Source of the DNA: an uncultured Sphingomonadales bacterium
GTDB lineage: Bacteria; Pseudomonadota; Alphaproteobacteria; Sphingomonadales; Rhodothalassiaceae
Direction of reading: 5' to 3'
Length of the DNA stretch: 64,000 bases
Assembly: GCA_964471405.1 (NCBI GenBank)
Contig: CAYYGH010000002.1
Coordinates: forward strand, 4,274 to 68,273
In this document: one piece after another, positions 1 to 9,635 of the stretch
Layout of the letters: each line of letters starts with the position of its first letter
Position numbering within the stretch: position 1 is the stretch's first letter
Program-made: the position numbers and the translations under genes
Notes under the pieces: model-generated
Told to the model about the DNA's origin: nothing
Database searches by the model: none
Seen by the model: the letters and a program-made list of their open reading frames with translations, nothing else

Positions 1-68
1 ATTTTTGCCGCCATCTTCTAACAGGCTCCACCAGGCTTGACCAGCGCGACACGCGTCCCGAAAACGGA

Positions 69-1166
69 ATGCGGATCCGCCCTGCGCATGGCTCTCCGAC
101 TCATCTTGCGGGAGCGGACAGGCGGTCGCATTGCCCGGATGATTGGAGGCCTCCCATCGTGTCCCGGCGCCATTTGCACCCTTTGCGACGCAAGAGCCGC
201 GGCAAAGCGTCCGGGCGACGGGTGCGCCGCAAAGGGGCAGGACGGCCGCGCCATCCCTTCCCATTGCGAGGCGCCCTGCTCATCGGGGCAGTGGGGGCAG
301 CCATCGCAGTGATCATTCTTGCCGGTCTTCCGGCCCTCAAGAACGGGAGCGCCTTCCGGTCCGCCACACAGCGCCATGAGAATTTCCGGGCCCGCTCACA
401 GCTGCCCATCCTGCCACCATCCACCACGGACTCCCGCCATGCGCCGCGCAGCCGCAACATGAGGGGAATGGTGGCGCTTGTCATCGACGATCTGGGGATG
501 GACCGGCATCGCACGGCGGAAGCGATCGCCCTGCCATCGGTCGTGACGCTGGCCTTCCTGCCCTATGCGCCGGCAGTCGCCGAGCAGGTCGCCAACGCCC
601 GGGCGCGCGGCCACGAAATCCTCCTGCATCTGCCGATGGAACCGGTCGGTCACGCCGATCCCGGTCCGATGGCCCTGACGGCCGCTCTTGATCGCCGGGA
701 CTTTCTGGCCCGCCTGTCCTGGAATCTCACACGATTTGACGGCTATGTGGGGGTCAACAACCACATGGGCAGCCGGCTGACGGCCGATCGCCGCGCGATG
801 CGCTGGCTGATGCGCGATCTCAAGGCCCGCGGCCTGCTTTTTCTTGATTCCCGCACCACGGCCAGAACCGTGGCCGCCGAAGTGGCCGCCGAGGAAGGAG
901 TTCCTTATGCGGTGCGGCGGGTCTTTCTCGATCATGAACGGGGCAACGGTGCCCTCAAGAGCGCCTATGCCCGCATACGCCGGCTGGCGCAAAGGGAGCC
1001 GGTCGTGGCCATCGGCCACCCGCACCGGCGCACGTTGGCCCATATTCGTCGCTGGCTCCGGCATGCTGCACGGGATGGACTTGTCTATGTCCCGATCTCG
1101 ATGGTGGTGCACGGCCCCGATGCCCGGTTGGCCCGTGCCACCGATGATCCCGCCGGTGGCGGGTAA
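69..1166 (+). CDS. divergent polysaccharide deacetylase family protein (YibQ-like), membrane anchored
   Basis: 365-aa ORF. It has a TM segment GALLIGAVGAAIAVIILAGL, then VALVIDDLGMD...LAFLPYAP...HEILLHLPMEP...VNNHMGS, typical of the YibQ-type deacetylase fold. Start codon uncertain. Confidence 0.75.
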   Translation: MRIRPAHGSPTHLAGADRRSHCPDDWRPPIVSRRHLHPLRRKSRGKASGRRVRRKGAGRPRHPFPLRGALLIGAVGAAIAVIILAGLPALKNGSAFRSATQRHENFRARSQLPILPPSTTDSRHAPRSRNMRGMVALVIDDLGMDRHRTAEAIALPSVVTLAFLPYAPAVAEQVANARARGHEILLHLPMEPVGHADPGPMALTAALDRRDFLARLSWNLTRFDGYVGVNNHMGSRLTADRRAMRWLMRDLKARGLLFLDSRTTARTVAAEVAAEEGVPYAVRRVFLDHERGNGALKSAYARIRRLAQREPVVAIGHPHRRTLAHIRRWLRHAARDGLVYVPISMVVHGPDARLARATDDPAGGG

Positions 1167-1209
1167 CGGACGATACCCTCCACAAGCAGAAGGTGGAATC
1201 ACCCGTTGC

Positions 1210-1905
1210 TCAGGCGGCTTCCAGAGCCCCCAGCAGGCTTTCGAAGATCTTGCGCCCGTCAAGGCCGCCATGCGCCTCCTCGACCACGCGTTCGGGGTGC
1301 GGCATCATCCCCAGCACATTGCGTGCCTCGTTCAGCACACCGGCAACATGACCGACCGATCCATTCGGATTGGCGCCCTCATCCACACGGCCATCCGGAT
1401 GGGCGTAACGGAAGGCGATGCGGTCCTCGTCCTCCAGACGCTTCAGGCCATCGGCATCGATGAAGTAGTTGCCATCATGATGGGCGATGGGAATGCGCAG
1501 CACATCTCCCTTGCGCAGGCGGGCGGTGAAGGGAGAATCGGTGGTCTCCACCCGCAGATGGACATCGCGCGAGATGAACAGCAGATCCCGATTGCGCAGC
1601 AGGGCGCCGGGCAGCAGGCCCACCTCGGTCAGGATCTGGAAGCCGTTGCAGACACCGAGCACCCGCACGCCGGATCTGGCCGCCTCCACCACCGCCGACA
1701 TGATCGGGGAGCGGGCGGCAATCGCACCGCAGCGCAGATAGTCGCCATAGGAAAATCCCCCGGGCAAGGCGACAAGATCGACATCAGGCAGACTCGTCTC
1801 CCGATGCCAGACGGGAATCGCCGGCCGGCCCGTGACGATGCGCAGTGCCTCCATCATGTCGCGGTCGCAGTTGGAGCCCGGGAAGATGATGACGGCGGCC
1901 CGCAT
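1210..1905 (-). CDS. purQ: phosphoribosylformylglycinamidine synthase subunit PurQ (glutaminase)
   Basis: 231 aa starting [16 protein letters not shown], with GFSYGDYL and the catalytic Cys context [13 protein letters not shown] at 1903-1905. Lies 7 nt downstream of purS. Confidence 0.95.
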   Translation of the reverse strand: MRAAVIIFPGSNCDRDMMEALRIVTGRPAIPVWHRETSLPDVDLVALPGGFSYGDYLRCGAIAARSPIMSAVVEAARSGVRVLGVCNGFQILTEVGLLPGALLRNRDLLFISRDVHLRVETTDSPFTARLRKGDVLRIPIAHHDGNYFIDADGLKRLEDEDRIAFRYAHPDGRVDEGANPNGSVGHVAGVLNEARNVLGMMPHPERVVEEAHGGLDGRKIFESLLGALEAA

Positions 1906-1912
1906 GGCTTCC

Positions 1913-2170
1913 TCAGCCCTCCTCGCCCTCGATCGCGATCGTCCAGTTTTCGATCACGGGATTGGCCAGCAGCTTGCGGGCCATCTCCTCTACGGCTTCA
2001 CGGGCCTTTTCCGGGTCTTCTTCGGCAAGAGTAAGCGTGATCACCTTGCCCACGCGTGCCTCCTCCACGCCCGAAAATCCCAGCACCGCCAGCGCATGGC
2101 GGATCGCCTTGCCCTCAGGATCCAGAACCCCGCTCTTGAGCGAGATCGTCACATGGGCCTTGGTTGCCAT
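1913..2170 (-). CDS. purS: phosphoribosylformylglycinamidine synthase subunit PurS
   Basis: 85 aa, [27 protein letters not shown]...ANPVIE. Sits between purC and purQ. Confidence 0.9.
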   Translation of the reverse strand: MATKAHVTISLKSGVLDPEGKAIRHALAVLGFSGVEEARVGKVITLTLAEEDPEKAREAVEEMARKLLANPVIENWTIAIEGEEG

Positions 2171-2233
2171 TACCTCTCTCTTCTCTTTCGTCTTGGCCCC
2201 TGGGGGCTTTCTTCCTCTGAGTTCCGAAAAAGC

Positions 2234-2998
2234 TCAGGAACGCTCGCCAAGGGATCCGATCTCGCGAACATCGGCCGATGGCAGCACCCCAAGCCGGCGC
2301 GCAACCTCCTGATAGGCCTCGATCACATTGCCGAGATCCCGCCGGAAGCGGTCCTTGTCCAGCCGCTCACTGGTGCGCATGTCCCACAACCGGCAGGTGT
2401 CGGGACTGATCTCATCGGCGATCAGCAGATGGGTATGATCGTCGTGATACTGACGACCGAATTCGAGCTTGAAGTCCACAAGGCGAATCCCGATGCCGGC
2501 GAACAGCCCGCTCAGGAAATCGTTCACCCGCAGCGCCAGATGGCGCATGTCATCCAGCTCCTGCTCGTAGGACCATCCGAAAGCCAGCACATGCTCCTCG
2601 CTGACCAGGGGATCACCGAGCGCATCATCCTTGTAATAGAATTCGACGAGGGGACGCGGCAGCGGAGCGCCTTCCTCAAGCCCCAGGCGCTTGGCGATGG
2701 ATCCCGCCGCGATATTGCGCACGACGACTTCAAGGGGGATGATCTCAAGTGAATAGACGAGCTGCTCGCGCATGTTGATGCGCTTGATGAAGTGATTGGG
2801 GATCTGGAGGGCGGAAAGCTGGGTGAAGATATATTCGCTGATGCGATTGTTCAGCACCCCCTTGCCCTGAAGGACGGCATGCTTTTGCGCATTGAAGGCA
2901 GTGGCATCGTCCTTGAAATGCTGGATGAGCGTGCCGGGCTCCGGGCCTTCGTAGAGAATCTTGGCCTTGCCCTCGTAGATCTTGTGTCGCTTGTTCAT
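2234..2998 (-). CDS. purC: phosphoribosylaminoimidazole-succinocarboxamide synthase
   Basis: The ORF is open to 3271, but the conserved N-terminus [23 protein letters not shown] begins at ATG 2996-2998. The rest matches SAICAR synthetase. Confidence 0.93.
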   Translation of the reverse strand: MNKRHKIYEGKAKILYEGPEPGTLIQHFKDDATAFNAQKHAVLQGKGVLNNRISEYIFTQLSALQIPNHFIKRINMREQLVYSLEIIPLEVVVRNIAAGSIAKRLGLEEGAPLPRPLVEFYYKDDALGDPLVSEEHVLAFGWSYEQELDDMRHLALRVNDFLSGLFAGIGIRLVDFKLEFGRQYHDDHTHLLIADEISPDTCRLWDMRTSERLDKDRFRRDLGNVIEAYQEVARRLGVLPSADVREIGSLGERS

Positions 2999-3155
2999 CT
3001 GCCCTTCCGGACGTGCTGGAATGGGGATGACCGGCGGCCGCATGCTCGTGGTCATGTTTACCCGCGGATCGTCTGAATCGTGCTTCCCGTAAAGGCCGGC
3101 CTTCCCTGCGTGAAAGCCGCCCCTTCCTGAAGAAGCATCTTTGGCGCCCATCCCT

Positions 3156-4436
3156 TCACAGGGGCCAGAGCGCAAGTTCGGGCACCACATAGAGCAAAAG
3201 CGCGAGAGCGAACAAGAGGGAAAAGAAGGGCCATGCCGCCCGGGCCGCCTCGGCGATCGAGACGCCGGCAATATCGCGCACGATGAAAAGATTGAAGCCG
3301 ACCGGCGGCGTGATCTGCGCCATCTCCACGGTGATCACCAGCACGATCCCGTACCAGACGGGATGAAAACCCGCCGCAACCGCCAGCGGCAGGGTCAACG
3401 GCACGGACAGCAGCACCAGACTCAGCCCGTCCAGCAGCATGCCGGCAATCGCATGAGCGATGACAAGCAGCATGAAAAGCGCAAACGGTCCAAGCCGGGC
3501 AGCACTCACCATTTCCGTCAGCTTCGGGGCGATGCCGAACAGGGCAACAGCCTTGGCAAAAAACAGGGCGCCGGCCAGAAGCAGCGTGAGCACGGCCGCC
3601 GAGCGGGCGGCCGCCAGCACGGCCTGCCACAGAAGCTTCGGCTCGCTGAGAAAGCGCCGGCCCTGAACCCCGATCACCAGGGCAGCCCCAAGACTGGCCG
3701 CCTCGCTCGGCCCGATGATGCCGGCTGCCATGCCGCCAATTACGGCGCCGATCACGAGGGCCAGTTTTGCAAGCGGCCAGGGTGAAAAAGCCGCCGTCGT
3801 GAATGGGGAAGAAGTGCCATCCTGCGACTGAGCCCGCGCGAGAGGCGGTCTGGTCGTCACCCCCAGCCAGACCATCGCCAGCACGGCAAACAGCATGCCG
3901 GGCAGAATGCCGGCAAGGAAGAGGTCGATGATCGACTGGCGCGCGACCACACCATAGAGAATCAGGACCAGAGAAGGCGGGATCAGAAATCCCAGCGTGC
4001 CTGCTCCTGCCAGGGATCCGACAACGGCACGACGCTCGTATCCGGCCTTCAGAAGAGCCGGCACGGTAATGCGTCCGACCGTGGCCGTGGTTGCCGCGGA
4101 GGATCCCGTAATAGCCGCAAAAAGAGTCGCTGCCACGATATTGATCTGCAGCAGTCCCCCCGGCAGCCGTGCCAATGGCCTGGCGAGCGCACGAAACACC
4201 TCGTCCGCCAGGCCGCCGCGGGAGACCAGTTCCCCCATCAGGATGAAGAGCGGAAGAGCGACGAGCTCGGGCGCCGTCAGACTCCGCCACAAGTCCCCGC
4301 CAAGCAGCGCCAGGGCATCCACCTCGGATCCGGCCGCGATGGCGGCCAGGCTGGCCAGCATCAAGGCAAGCCCCACCGGCATGCCCAGAACCAGAAAAGC
4401 GGCAAGCAGGAGCAGAAGAAGGCCGGCGGCACTCAT
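3156..4436 (-). CDS. dctM: TRAP transporter large permease subunit
   Basis: 426-aa polytopic membrane protein, [30 protein letters not shown]... Its ATG overlaps the dctQ stop (ATGA at 4433-4436). Confidence 0.9.
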   Translation of the reverse strand: MSAAGLLLLLLAAFLVLGMPVGLALMLASLAAIAAGSEVDALALLGGDLWRSLTAPELVALPLFILMGELVSRGGLADEVFRALARPLARLPGGLLQINIVAATLFAAITGSSAATTATVGRITVPALLKAGYERRAVVGSLAGAGTLGFLIPPSLVLILYGVVARQSIIDLFLAGILPGMLFAVLAMVWLGVTTRPPLARAQSQDGTSSPFTTAAFSPWPLAKLALVIGAVIGGMAAGIIGPSEAASLGAALVIGVQGRRFLSEPKLLWQAVLAAARSAAVLTLLLAGALFFAKAVALFGIAPKLTEMVSAARLGPFALFMLLVIAHAIAGMLLDGLSLVLLSVPLTLPLAVAAGFHPVWYGIVLVITVEMAQITPPVGFNLFIVRDIAGVSIAEAARAAWPFFSLLFALALLLYVVPELALWPL

Positions 4437-4999
4437 GTCAGCCCATCTCCCGGTTGCTGGCGGAAGCAGGCGGCATGGGGAACGGCCAGCGCCAGCAGCC
4501 TGAGCCCGCAGGCAACCGCCAATCCCGTCCCGCCCAGCGCGGCCAGCATCTGAGGCCAGAAAAGGGCTGTGGCACTTGGAAAGTAGGAACGCGCCCCATG
4601 CGCCAGAGAAAAGAATGCCAGACGCCAGAGAGCAACCGCTACAGCCACGCCCGCCAGCAGGGACAGCACGGCCGCCGCCCAGCGCACGGCATCGCGCATG
4701 ATGGGGGGCAACCGGAGCACCAGCAGTTCAAAGGACAGAGCGCGCCCTGCAAGCAGGACGCTGCCCTGCGGTAGAAGCGCGCTCGCAATCAGCAGATAGC
4801 CCTGATATTCGAGGGAAATGGACAAACTCGTCCGCCACAGCTGGCGCGCCGCGATCTCGGCAAGCGTAAGCGCAAGCAGCGCCGCCAGCGCGACGGCTCC
4901 CAGGATCGTGAGAAAGGCCAGACACCGCTCACCCGCCCGGATCAGGAAACACGCCGCCGACAGGGCGGGAAAACGGCGGGAAGCCAGGGGCGGACTCAT
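4433..4999 (-). CDS. dctQ: TRAP transporter small permease subunit
   Basis: 188-aa protein with about 4 TM segments, between DctP-like and DctM genes. ATGA overlaps at both ends (4433-4436 and 4996-4999). Confidence 0.75.
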   Translation of the reverse strand: MSPPLASRRFPALSAACFLIRAGERCLAFLTILGAVALAALLALTLAEIAARQLWRTSLSISLEYQGYLLIASALLPQGSVLLAGRALSFELLVLRLPPIMRDAVRWAAAVLSLLAGVAVAVALWRLAFFSLAHGARSYFPSATALFWPQMLAALGGTGLAVACGLRLLALAVPHAACFRQQPGDGLT

Positions 5000-6141
5000 G
5001 GTGCCTCCTCCCCTGCCCCGCCAAGAGGCATGCGCCCCGTGCGCTCCAGAAACCGGTTCAGAATCGGCCGGGCCTCAGGCACCTGTGCCACATAGGCCTG
5101 CCAGAGCGGCCGCGCGATGCGCTCAAAGGCTGCCCGCAGCTCGGCACTGACCGGCAGACGCTCCATCCCGGCGGCGGCCAGTTCCCGCCATTTCGCCGCA
5201 TCATCGGCAGCGGAAACGGCCCAGTAGCGGCGTTCCCGCGCCTGAGCGATCCGCAGCATCCTCATGCGGTCTGCCGGCAGCAGACGCGCCAGCACATCCT
5301 TGCGCACGACCACATAATTGACCACCCAGCCATGATGGGTGGGGAGCATCTCGTGCAGGAATGCCGGGTAATGCTGGGCAGCCGCCGTGGTGGTGGAGGT
5401 CATGACGGCATCCAGGGCTCCGGCCGCAAGGGCCGGCACAACATCCGCCGCCGGCAGCTGGCGGGGATGCATTCCCAGGGCCTCGGCGAGCCTGGTGGTG
5501 TGCGCATCGAGCGTGCGCACCCGCAACCCTCTCAGCTCCTCCACGCGATGCACGGGGCGATCAAGGAAGATGTTCTGGGGAGGCCAGGGCACGAGATAGA
5601 CGAGAACGAGCCCCCAATGACGAAGCCGCTTTTCGATCTCGGGCCGCAGGAAGCTGTAGAGCAGCCGCAACTCCTCGCGATTCCGGACGAGAAAGGGAAG
5701 CGCCTCCAGACCGAACAGGGGCTCCAGCCCTGTCTGCTGAAAACCCGCCATGTCGATCATCGGCACCGCCCCCTGGGCGACAGCGGTCAGCGAATCCGGG
5801 CCCTTGATGCCAAGCTCCGCGGCCGGATGAACGATGATCCGTACGCGTCCTTCCGTTGCGGCCGCCACCGCCTCGGCAAAATCACGGGCATTCGCCACAT
5901 GGAATTCCGCCGGATTCCAGGGAGAGGAAAGATCGATGCGCACCGCCCGGGCCGGCTGCTGCGTTGCCACCAGCCACCACAGCACGACCAGCAGCCCCAG
6001 GATCCCGGCGGCACCGGCAAGGGCGATCCCCATGCGGGCACGGCTGCCGGGCCCGGCGCCCCTGCCTGCGGCCGCCCCGCGATCTCTTCTCTGGTCATGT
6101 TGAGGCAGCCGGGCCATCGCATCCCCTGCTCCCGCCAGCAT
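4996..6141 (-). CDS. dctP: TRAP transporter substrate-binding protein (DctP family)
   Basis: DctP-like body (RVRIIVHPAAELGIKGPDSL...LRVRTLDAHT) after an N-terminal hydrophobic anchor. The true start may be an internal ATG at 6117 or 6033. Confidence 0.8.
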   Translation of the reverse strand: MLAGAGDAMARLPQHDQRRDRGAAAGRGAGPGSRARMGIALAGAAGILGLLVVLWWLVATQQPARAVRIDLSSPWNPAEFHVANARDFAEAVAAATEGRVRIIVHPAAELGIKGPDSLTAVAQGAVPMIDMAGFQQTGLEPLFGLEALPFLVRNREELRLLYSFLRPEIEKRLRHWGLVLVYLVPWPPQNIFLDRPVHRVEELRGLRVRTLDAHTTRLAEALGMHPRQLPAADVVPALAAGALDAVMTSTTTAAAQHYPAFLHEMLPTHHGWVVNYVVVRKDVLARLLPADRMRMLRIAQARERRYWAVSAADDAAKWRELAAAGMERLPVSAELRAAFERIARPLWQAYVAQVPEARPILNRFLERTGRMPLGGAGEEAP

Positions 6142-6218
6142 TTCCTCAGGCTAGCGGCTGCAGACAGATCACGCAAAGCCCCCTTTCGGGCATCTTCGCG
6201 GCATCGCCACCCGATGGC

Positions 6219-7016
6219 CTAGTCACGCCGCACGAGCCGGCGATAGAGATGCCAGGTGGCATGTCCCAGGATGGGAAGGGCTATGCCCAGCAGCACGAAA
6301 GCCGTCATGGCCGACAGGAAAACGGTCGCCGCCACGATCGCGCCCCACAGCAGGACCGGTCCCGGATTGCGCAGAGCGGCTCTGACGGAGGTAATGATGG
6401 CGATGACCGGATCGCGTTCCCCATCGACAACCATCGGAAAGGAGACGAGGCTGACGACGAGCGCCAGCAACGCGAACAGCCCGCCCAGAAGATTGCCCCA
6501 GATGATGAGGCGGTGACCTTGAGGCGTGAAGAAGAGATTGTGCAGAAATTCCTGCAGGGTCACGCCATAAGGCTGACCGAACAGTGCAACATACAGGCCC
6601 TGGGCGGCCACGAGCCATCCGATGAAAATCGCAAGCAGCACCACCGCCAGCACGACAAGAGGACCAAGCCGGCCTTCTCCGATCACGCCCAGCGCCTCCC
6701 GCCAGTGAACCTCGCGTCCCCGTTCCCGTTCCCGCGAGATCTCCATCAGTCCGACGGCGGCAATCGGGCCGATCAGGGTAAAGCCGGCGGCCAGAGGCCA
6801 CAGAATCGGCCAGAATTCCCGGCCCGAAATGATGATGAAGAAGGCAAAGCTGATGACAGGATAGATCGCGGCCAGAAAGATCAGATGGCTGGGCCGGGCA
6901 AGAAAATCATCCACGCCCCGCTTGAGCGCCTCCTTGACATCGGCCACCGTGATCCGGCGGATTTCGATCCGTCGGGGCATTGATGGCGCGCGATCGGCCG
7001 TTCCGGTAATGGCCAT
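6219..7016 (-). CDS. DUF2189 family integral membrane protein
   Basis: ITVADVKEALKRGVDDFLARPSH...PLAAGFTLIGPIAAVGLMEISRERERG matches the DUF2189 pattern. I chose ATG 7014-7016, preceded by AGGAAGAGGAGAGA, over the TTG at 7061. Confidence 0.65.
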   Translation of the reverse strand: MAITGTADRAPSMPRRIEIRRITVADVKEALKRGVDDFLARPSHLIFLAAIYPVISFAFFIIISGREFWPILWPLAAGFTLIGPIAAVGLMEISRERERGREVHWREALGVIGEGRLGPLVVLAVVLLAIFIGWLVAAQGLYVALFGQPYGVTLQEFLHNLFFTPQGHRLIIWGNLLGGLFALLALVVSLVSFPMVVDGERDPVIAIITSVRAALRNPGPVLLWGAIVAATVFLSAMTAFVLLGIALPILGHATWHLYRRLVRRD

Positions 7017-7168
7017 GGCATCTCTCCTCTTCCTGGTCCCGACTCTCTCACCCCGTGTCAAATCCCTTCCGCTATCATACCATAGCCCGCAGCCAGCGCG
7101 AAATGCTCATCCGGCTCCACCCGCAAGGCGTTGCATTTTGCGGCGGAAACGCGCAAGATGGTGACGTG

Positions 7169-7549
7169 ATGACTGCGGTGATCGTCTTCCCCGGCAGCCG
7201 GCGCAAGGACAGAGCCCCTTGCGCGCCCTTCTTTGATCGGCGCGAATGGTCGCGGCTGATGGATCTCTATGGACGGATGGTCGCCGCCGGCCAGTGGTGC
7301 GACTATGGTCTGGAACAGGGGAGCGACCGCATCGCCTTTCTGGTGTTTCGGGGACAGCGGGCCGTGCCGGCCTTTCGCATCGTCAAGACCATGGACCCGG
7401 ATCAGGGTGGCGAAAAACGCCGCCCTTTCTTTTTGCTGCTCGCTCCTGATGGTCGGATCCTGCGCCGTGGCCGCTCGCTGACCGCCCTGCTTGCGCCCTT
7501 CGAGCGCCGCCTCCTCCGCCTCTGGCAGCGTGATGCGCTGCCTTCCTGA
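7169..7549 (+). CDS. DUF2794 domain-containing protein
   Basis: The motif LYGRMVAAGQWCDYGLE...RIAFLVFRG...FRIVK is characteristic of the alphaproteobacterial DUF2794 family. ATG at 7169. Confidence 0.6.
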   Translation: MTAVIVFPGSRRKDRAPCAPFFDRREWSRLMDLYGRMVAAGQWCDYGLEQGSDRIAFLVFRGQRAVPAFRIVKTMDPDQGGEKRRPFFLLLAPDGRILRRGRSLTALLAPFERRLLRLWQRDALPS

Positions 7550-7567
7550 AGGAGACATGCTCTGAAA

Positions 7568-7592
7568 GATGGCATCACCGCACGATGCCATC
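7568..7592 (+). terminator. perfect 9-bp stem-loop downstream of the DUF2794 gene
   Basis: GATGGCATC-accgcac-GATGCCATC, 19 nt after the stop codon. No U-tract follows, so intrinsic termination is uncertain. Confidence 0.4.
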
Positions 7593-7618
7593 CGAGCCGG
7601 TGCCTTGCGTGATCCCCC

Positions 7619-7661
7619 TTGATTCCACAATGCAAATGCATTACCTGTTCATGGCAACAGG
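7619..7661 (+). promoter_or_regulatory. candidate prlF-yhaV promoter/operator
   Basis: TTGATT (7619-7624), a 17-nt spacer, then TACCTG. The spacer contains the inverted repeat ATGCA-aa-TGCAT (7630-7641). It is followed by CCTGTT-catggc-AACAGG (7644-7661). The region is AT-rich. Confidence 0.3.
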
Positions 7662-7748
7662 TCTGTGAAAGACCAGTGTTTCGTGAGAGAGTGGCAGGAA
7701 AACACCCTCACGCTCCTTACATTGCAAGACATCTCTGGAGTTCATCCC

Positions 7749-8066
7749 GTGCTGGAAGAGACATCCAAACTGACATCGCGCTACCAGACCACAATTCCCA
7801 GCGGTGTACGCAAGGCGTTGGACCTGAAGAAAGGAGACCGGATCCGGTATCGGTTTGAAAACGGGCGTGTTTACATAGAAGCCGTCCGTCCTGCGGATGA
7901 TCCGGCTCTTGCGGCATTCCTGAACCTCATCGAGCGGGACATTGTCCATCGCCCGGAAGCGATCAGGCCTCTGGATGAGGGTATGAGGGAGCAAATTGGC
8001 CAACTGGTTGCGGATATCGAGATCGACCTTGATACTCCTCTTCATTCAGATGACGAGGAGGGATGA
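7749..8066 (+). CDS. prlF: type II antitoxin, PrlF (SohA) family, AbrB/SpoVT-type fold
   Basis: SKLTSRYQTTIPSGVRKALDLKKGDRI...AFLNLIERDI and an acidic C-terminus resemble E. coli PrlF. The ORF is open from GTG 7665. GTG 7749 has GGAG 8 nt upstream and gives a PrlF-like length of 105 aa. The stop overlaps the yhaV ATG. Confidence 0.8.
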   Translation: MLEETSKLTSRYQTTIPSGVRKALDLKKGDRIRYRFENGRVYIEAVRPADDPALAAFLNLIERDIVHRPEAIRPLDEGMREQIGQLVADIEIDLDTPLHSDDEEG

Positions 8067-8593
8067 TGGCCACTCGGCCGCCAAGCAAGAGCGGCCATGA
8101 ACCAAAGGCCGTGATCGTTAATGGATGGCGGCTGTATGCTCACCCTCTCTTTCTGGACCAACTGGAAGCCCTGCGCACCGAAGTTGAACGGTGCAAACGC
8201 CGCAATCCCACCACGTGGCGCCAGAAGGATGCCGCAAAACGTCTGGCGGCCATTTACAAGCTCATTTGGGAAGTAATCCCGGCTGATCCGGATTCCCCAA
8301 AATTCCGTCTTGGGAAAACATTAGGATCGGCATATGGACACTGGCGTCGTGCCAAATTCTTCAAGCGCTATCGCCTGTTCTTTCGCTACAGCAGCGAACA
8401 TCGCGTCATCGTTTTTGTCTGGGTCAATGATCGGACAAGTCTGCGAGCGACGGGGAGCAAACGTGATGTTTATGCCGTTTTCAAGAACATGCTCGCAAGG
8501 GGACACCCTCCTGATGATTTTCCCTCTCTTGTCGCCGAGGCAGAAGGGACAGGCGGTGGGTTGACAGAAGCAACCACCAAAAGACGCCCTTGA
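8063..8593 (+). CDS. yhaV: type II toxin, YhaV family ribonuclease
   Basis: VNGWRLYAHPLF...RYRLFFRYSSEHRVIVFVWVNDRTSLRATGSKRDVYAVFKNMLARGHPPDDF is collinear with E. coli YhaV (VNGWALYAHPCF...RYRLFFRYSEKEKVIILGWMNDENTLRTYG...MLKRGHPPADW). Confidence 0.9.
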   Translation: MMATRPPSKSGHEPKAVIVNGWRLYAHPLFLDQLEALRTEVERCKRRNPTTWRQKDAAKRLAAIYKLIWEVIPADPDSPKFRLGKTLGSAYGHWRRAKFFKRYRLFFRYSSEHRVIVFVWVNDRTSLRATGSKRDVYAVFKNMLARGHPPDDFPSLVAEAEGTGGGLTEATTKRRP

Positions 8594-8640
8594 AAAGAGG
8601 GTACGAAACCTGTCGGTGGGCATGGGGAAATGCGCTCTTG

Positions 8641-8678
8641 AAAAGAAAGAGAAGGGGGCGACCCACTGAGCCGCCCCC
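8641..8678 (-). terminator. rho-independent terminator of the BI-1 family gene
   Basis: On the minus strand: GGGGGCG-gctcagtgggt-CGCCCCC followed by TTCTCTTTCTTTT. Starts about 42 nt after the stop at 8721. Confidence 0.6.
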
Positions 8679-8720
8679 GCAAACAGCACTGTTCCTGGCA
8701 TCACGGGTGCAGCACGCCCC

Positions 8721-9476
8721 TCAATCCCGTGTCTGCCCCATGAAGCGCAGCAGCATCAGGAAGAGGTTGATGAAGTCCAGATAGAGGGCGAGCGCGCCCA
8801 TGATCGCACTGCGCTTGGCTGCCGTCACGTCACCGGCAACTTCGTAATAGATGTCCTTCAGACGCTGGGTGTCATAGGCCGTCAGGCCCGCGAACACCAG
8901 CACGCCCACCGCCGAGATGACGAAATCCATCATTGTCGAACGGATGAACAGATTGACCACCGCGGCCAGAATGATGCCCACCAGACCCATGAACAGGAAG
9001 GTGCCGAATCCGCTCAGGTCCCGTTTGGTCGTGTATCCGTAAAGGGACAGAGCACCGAAGGCCGCCGCCGTCACGAAGAAGGTGCGTGCGATCGAAACCC
9101 CCGTGAACACGAAGAAGATCGAGGACAGCGACAGCCCCATCAAGGCGGCGAATACCCAGAAGAGCAAGCCCGCCGTCTGTGGCCTGATCCGCCGTCCGAA
9201 TGACAGAGCCAGCACGATCCCCAACGGCGCCAGGGTCACGATCCAGCCCAGTCCCGTCAGCCCGAGGCTGACGCCATAGGGGGTGACGACTTCATGATAC
9301 AGCAGCTGGCGGATCGCCTCCACGCGATATCCCATAATGGCGAAGATGCCGGTCAAAAGCACGCCGCTGGCCATCAGATTGTAGACCCGCAGCATATAGG
9401 CTCGCAGGCCTTCATCGCGGGTAATGGCCCGAGCGCCCGTAGCGAGGCGGGTGCGGGTGGGAATGGGATCGACCAT
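8721..9476 (-). CDS. Bax inhibitor-1/YccA (YbhL-like) family membrane protein
   Basis: DEGLRAYMLRVYNLMASGVLLTG...YDTQRLKDIY...GALALYLDFINLFLMLLRF is the typical BI-1/UPF0005 pattern. Start taken at MVDPIP (ATG 9474-9476), preceded by AGGAGGAG. Confidence 0.9.
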   Translation of the reverse strand: MVDPIPTRTRLATGARAITRDEGLRAYMLRVYNLMASGVLLTGIFAIMGYRVEAIRQLLYHEVVTPYGVSLGLTGLGWIVTLAPLGIVLALSFGRRIRPQTAGLLFWVFAALMGLSLSSIFFVFTGVSIARTFFVTAAAFGALSLYGYTTKRDLSGFGTFLFMGLVGIILAAVVNLFIRSTMMDFVISAVGVLVFAGLTAYDTQRLKDIYYEVAGDVTAAKRSAIMGALALYLDFINLFLMLLRFMGQTRD

Positions 9477-9503
9477 GATTGTCGTTCTCCTCCTGTTCTG
9501 TCG

Positions 9504-9576
9504 CCTTGAGAGACACACGCCGCCTCTCACCGGCGGCACCGGCCTCAATATCGTCCCTTATTGAGGGATCTTCAAG
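9504..9576 (-). ncRNA. structured 5' leader of the BI-1/ybhL-family gene (candidate ybhL RNA motif)
   Basis: On the minus strand, a closing helix CTTGA/TCAAG encloses two hairpins: CCTCAATA-agggacga-TATTGAGG (perfect 8 bp) and GCCGCC-ggtgaga-GGCGGC (6 bp). The SD AGGAGGAG and the ATG follow. Confidence 0.4.
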
Positions 9577-9635
9577 AGAAACCGGAGCAGCAGGTGACGC
9601 AATTTGCCGCATCACGCCTGTGATTCATCCGGTTC

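Noticed and set aside
3058-4290. 410-aa minus-strand ORF overlapping dctM in another frame
   Set aside because: The DctM frame gives a coherent polytopic TRAP permease. This alternative frame is Arg/Gly/Ala-rich with no hydrophobic periodicity.
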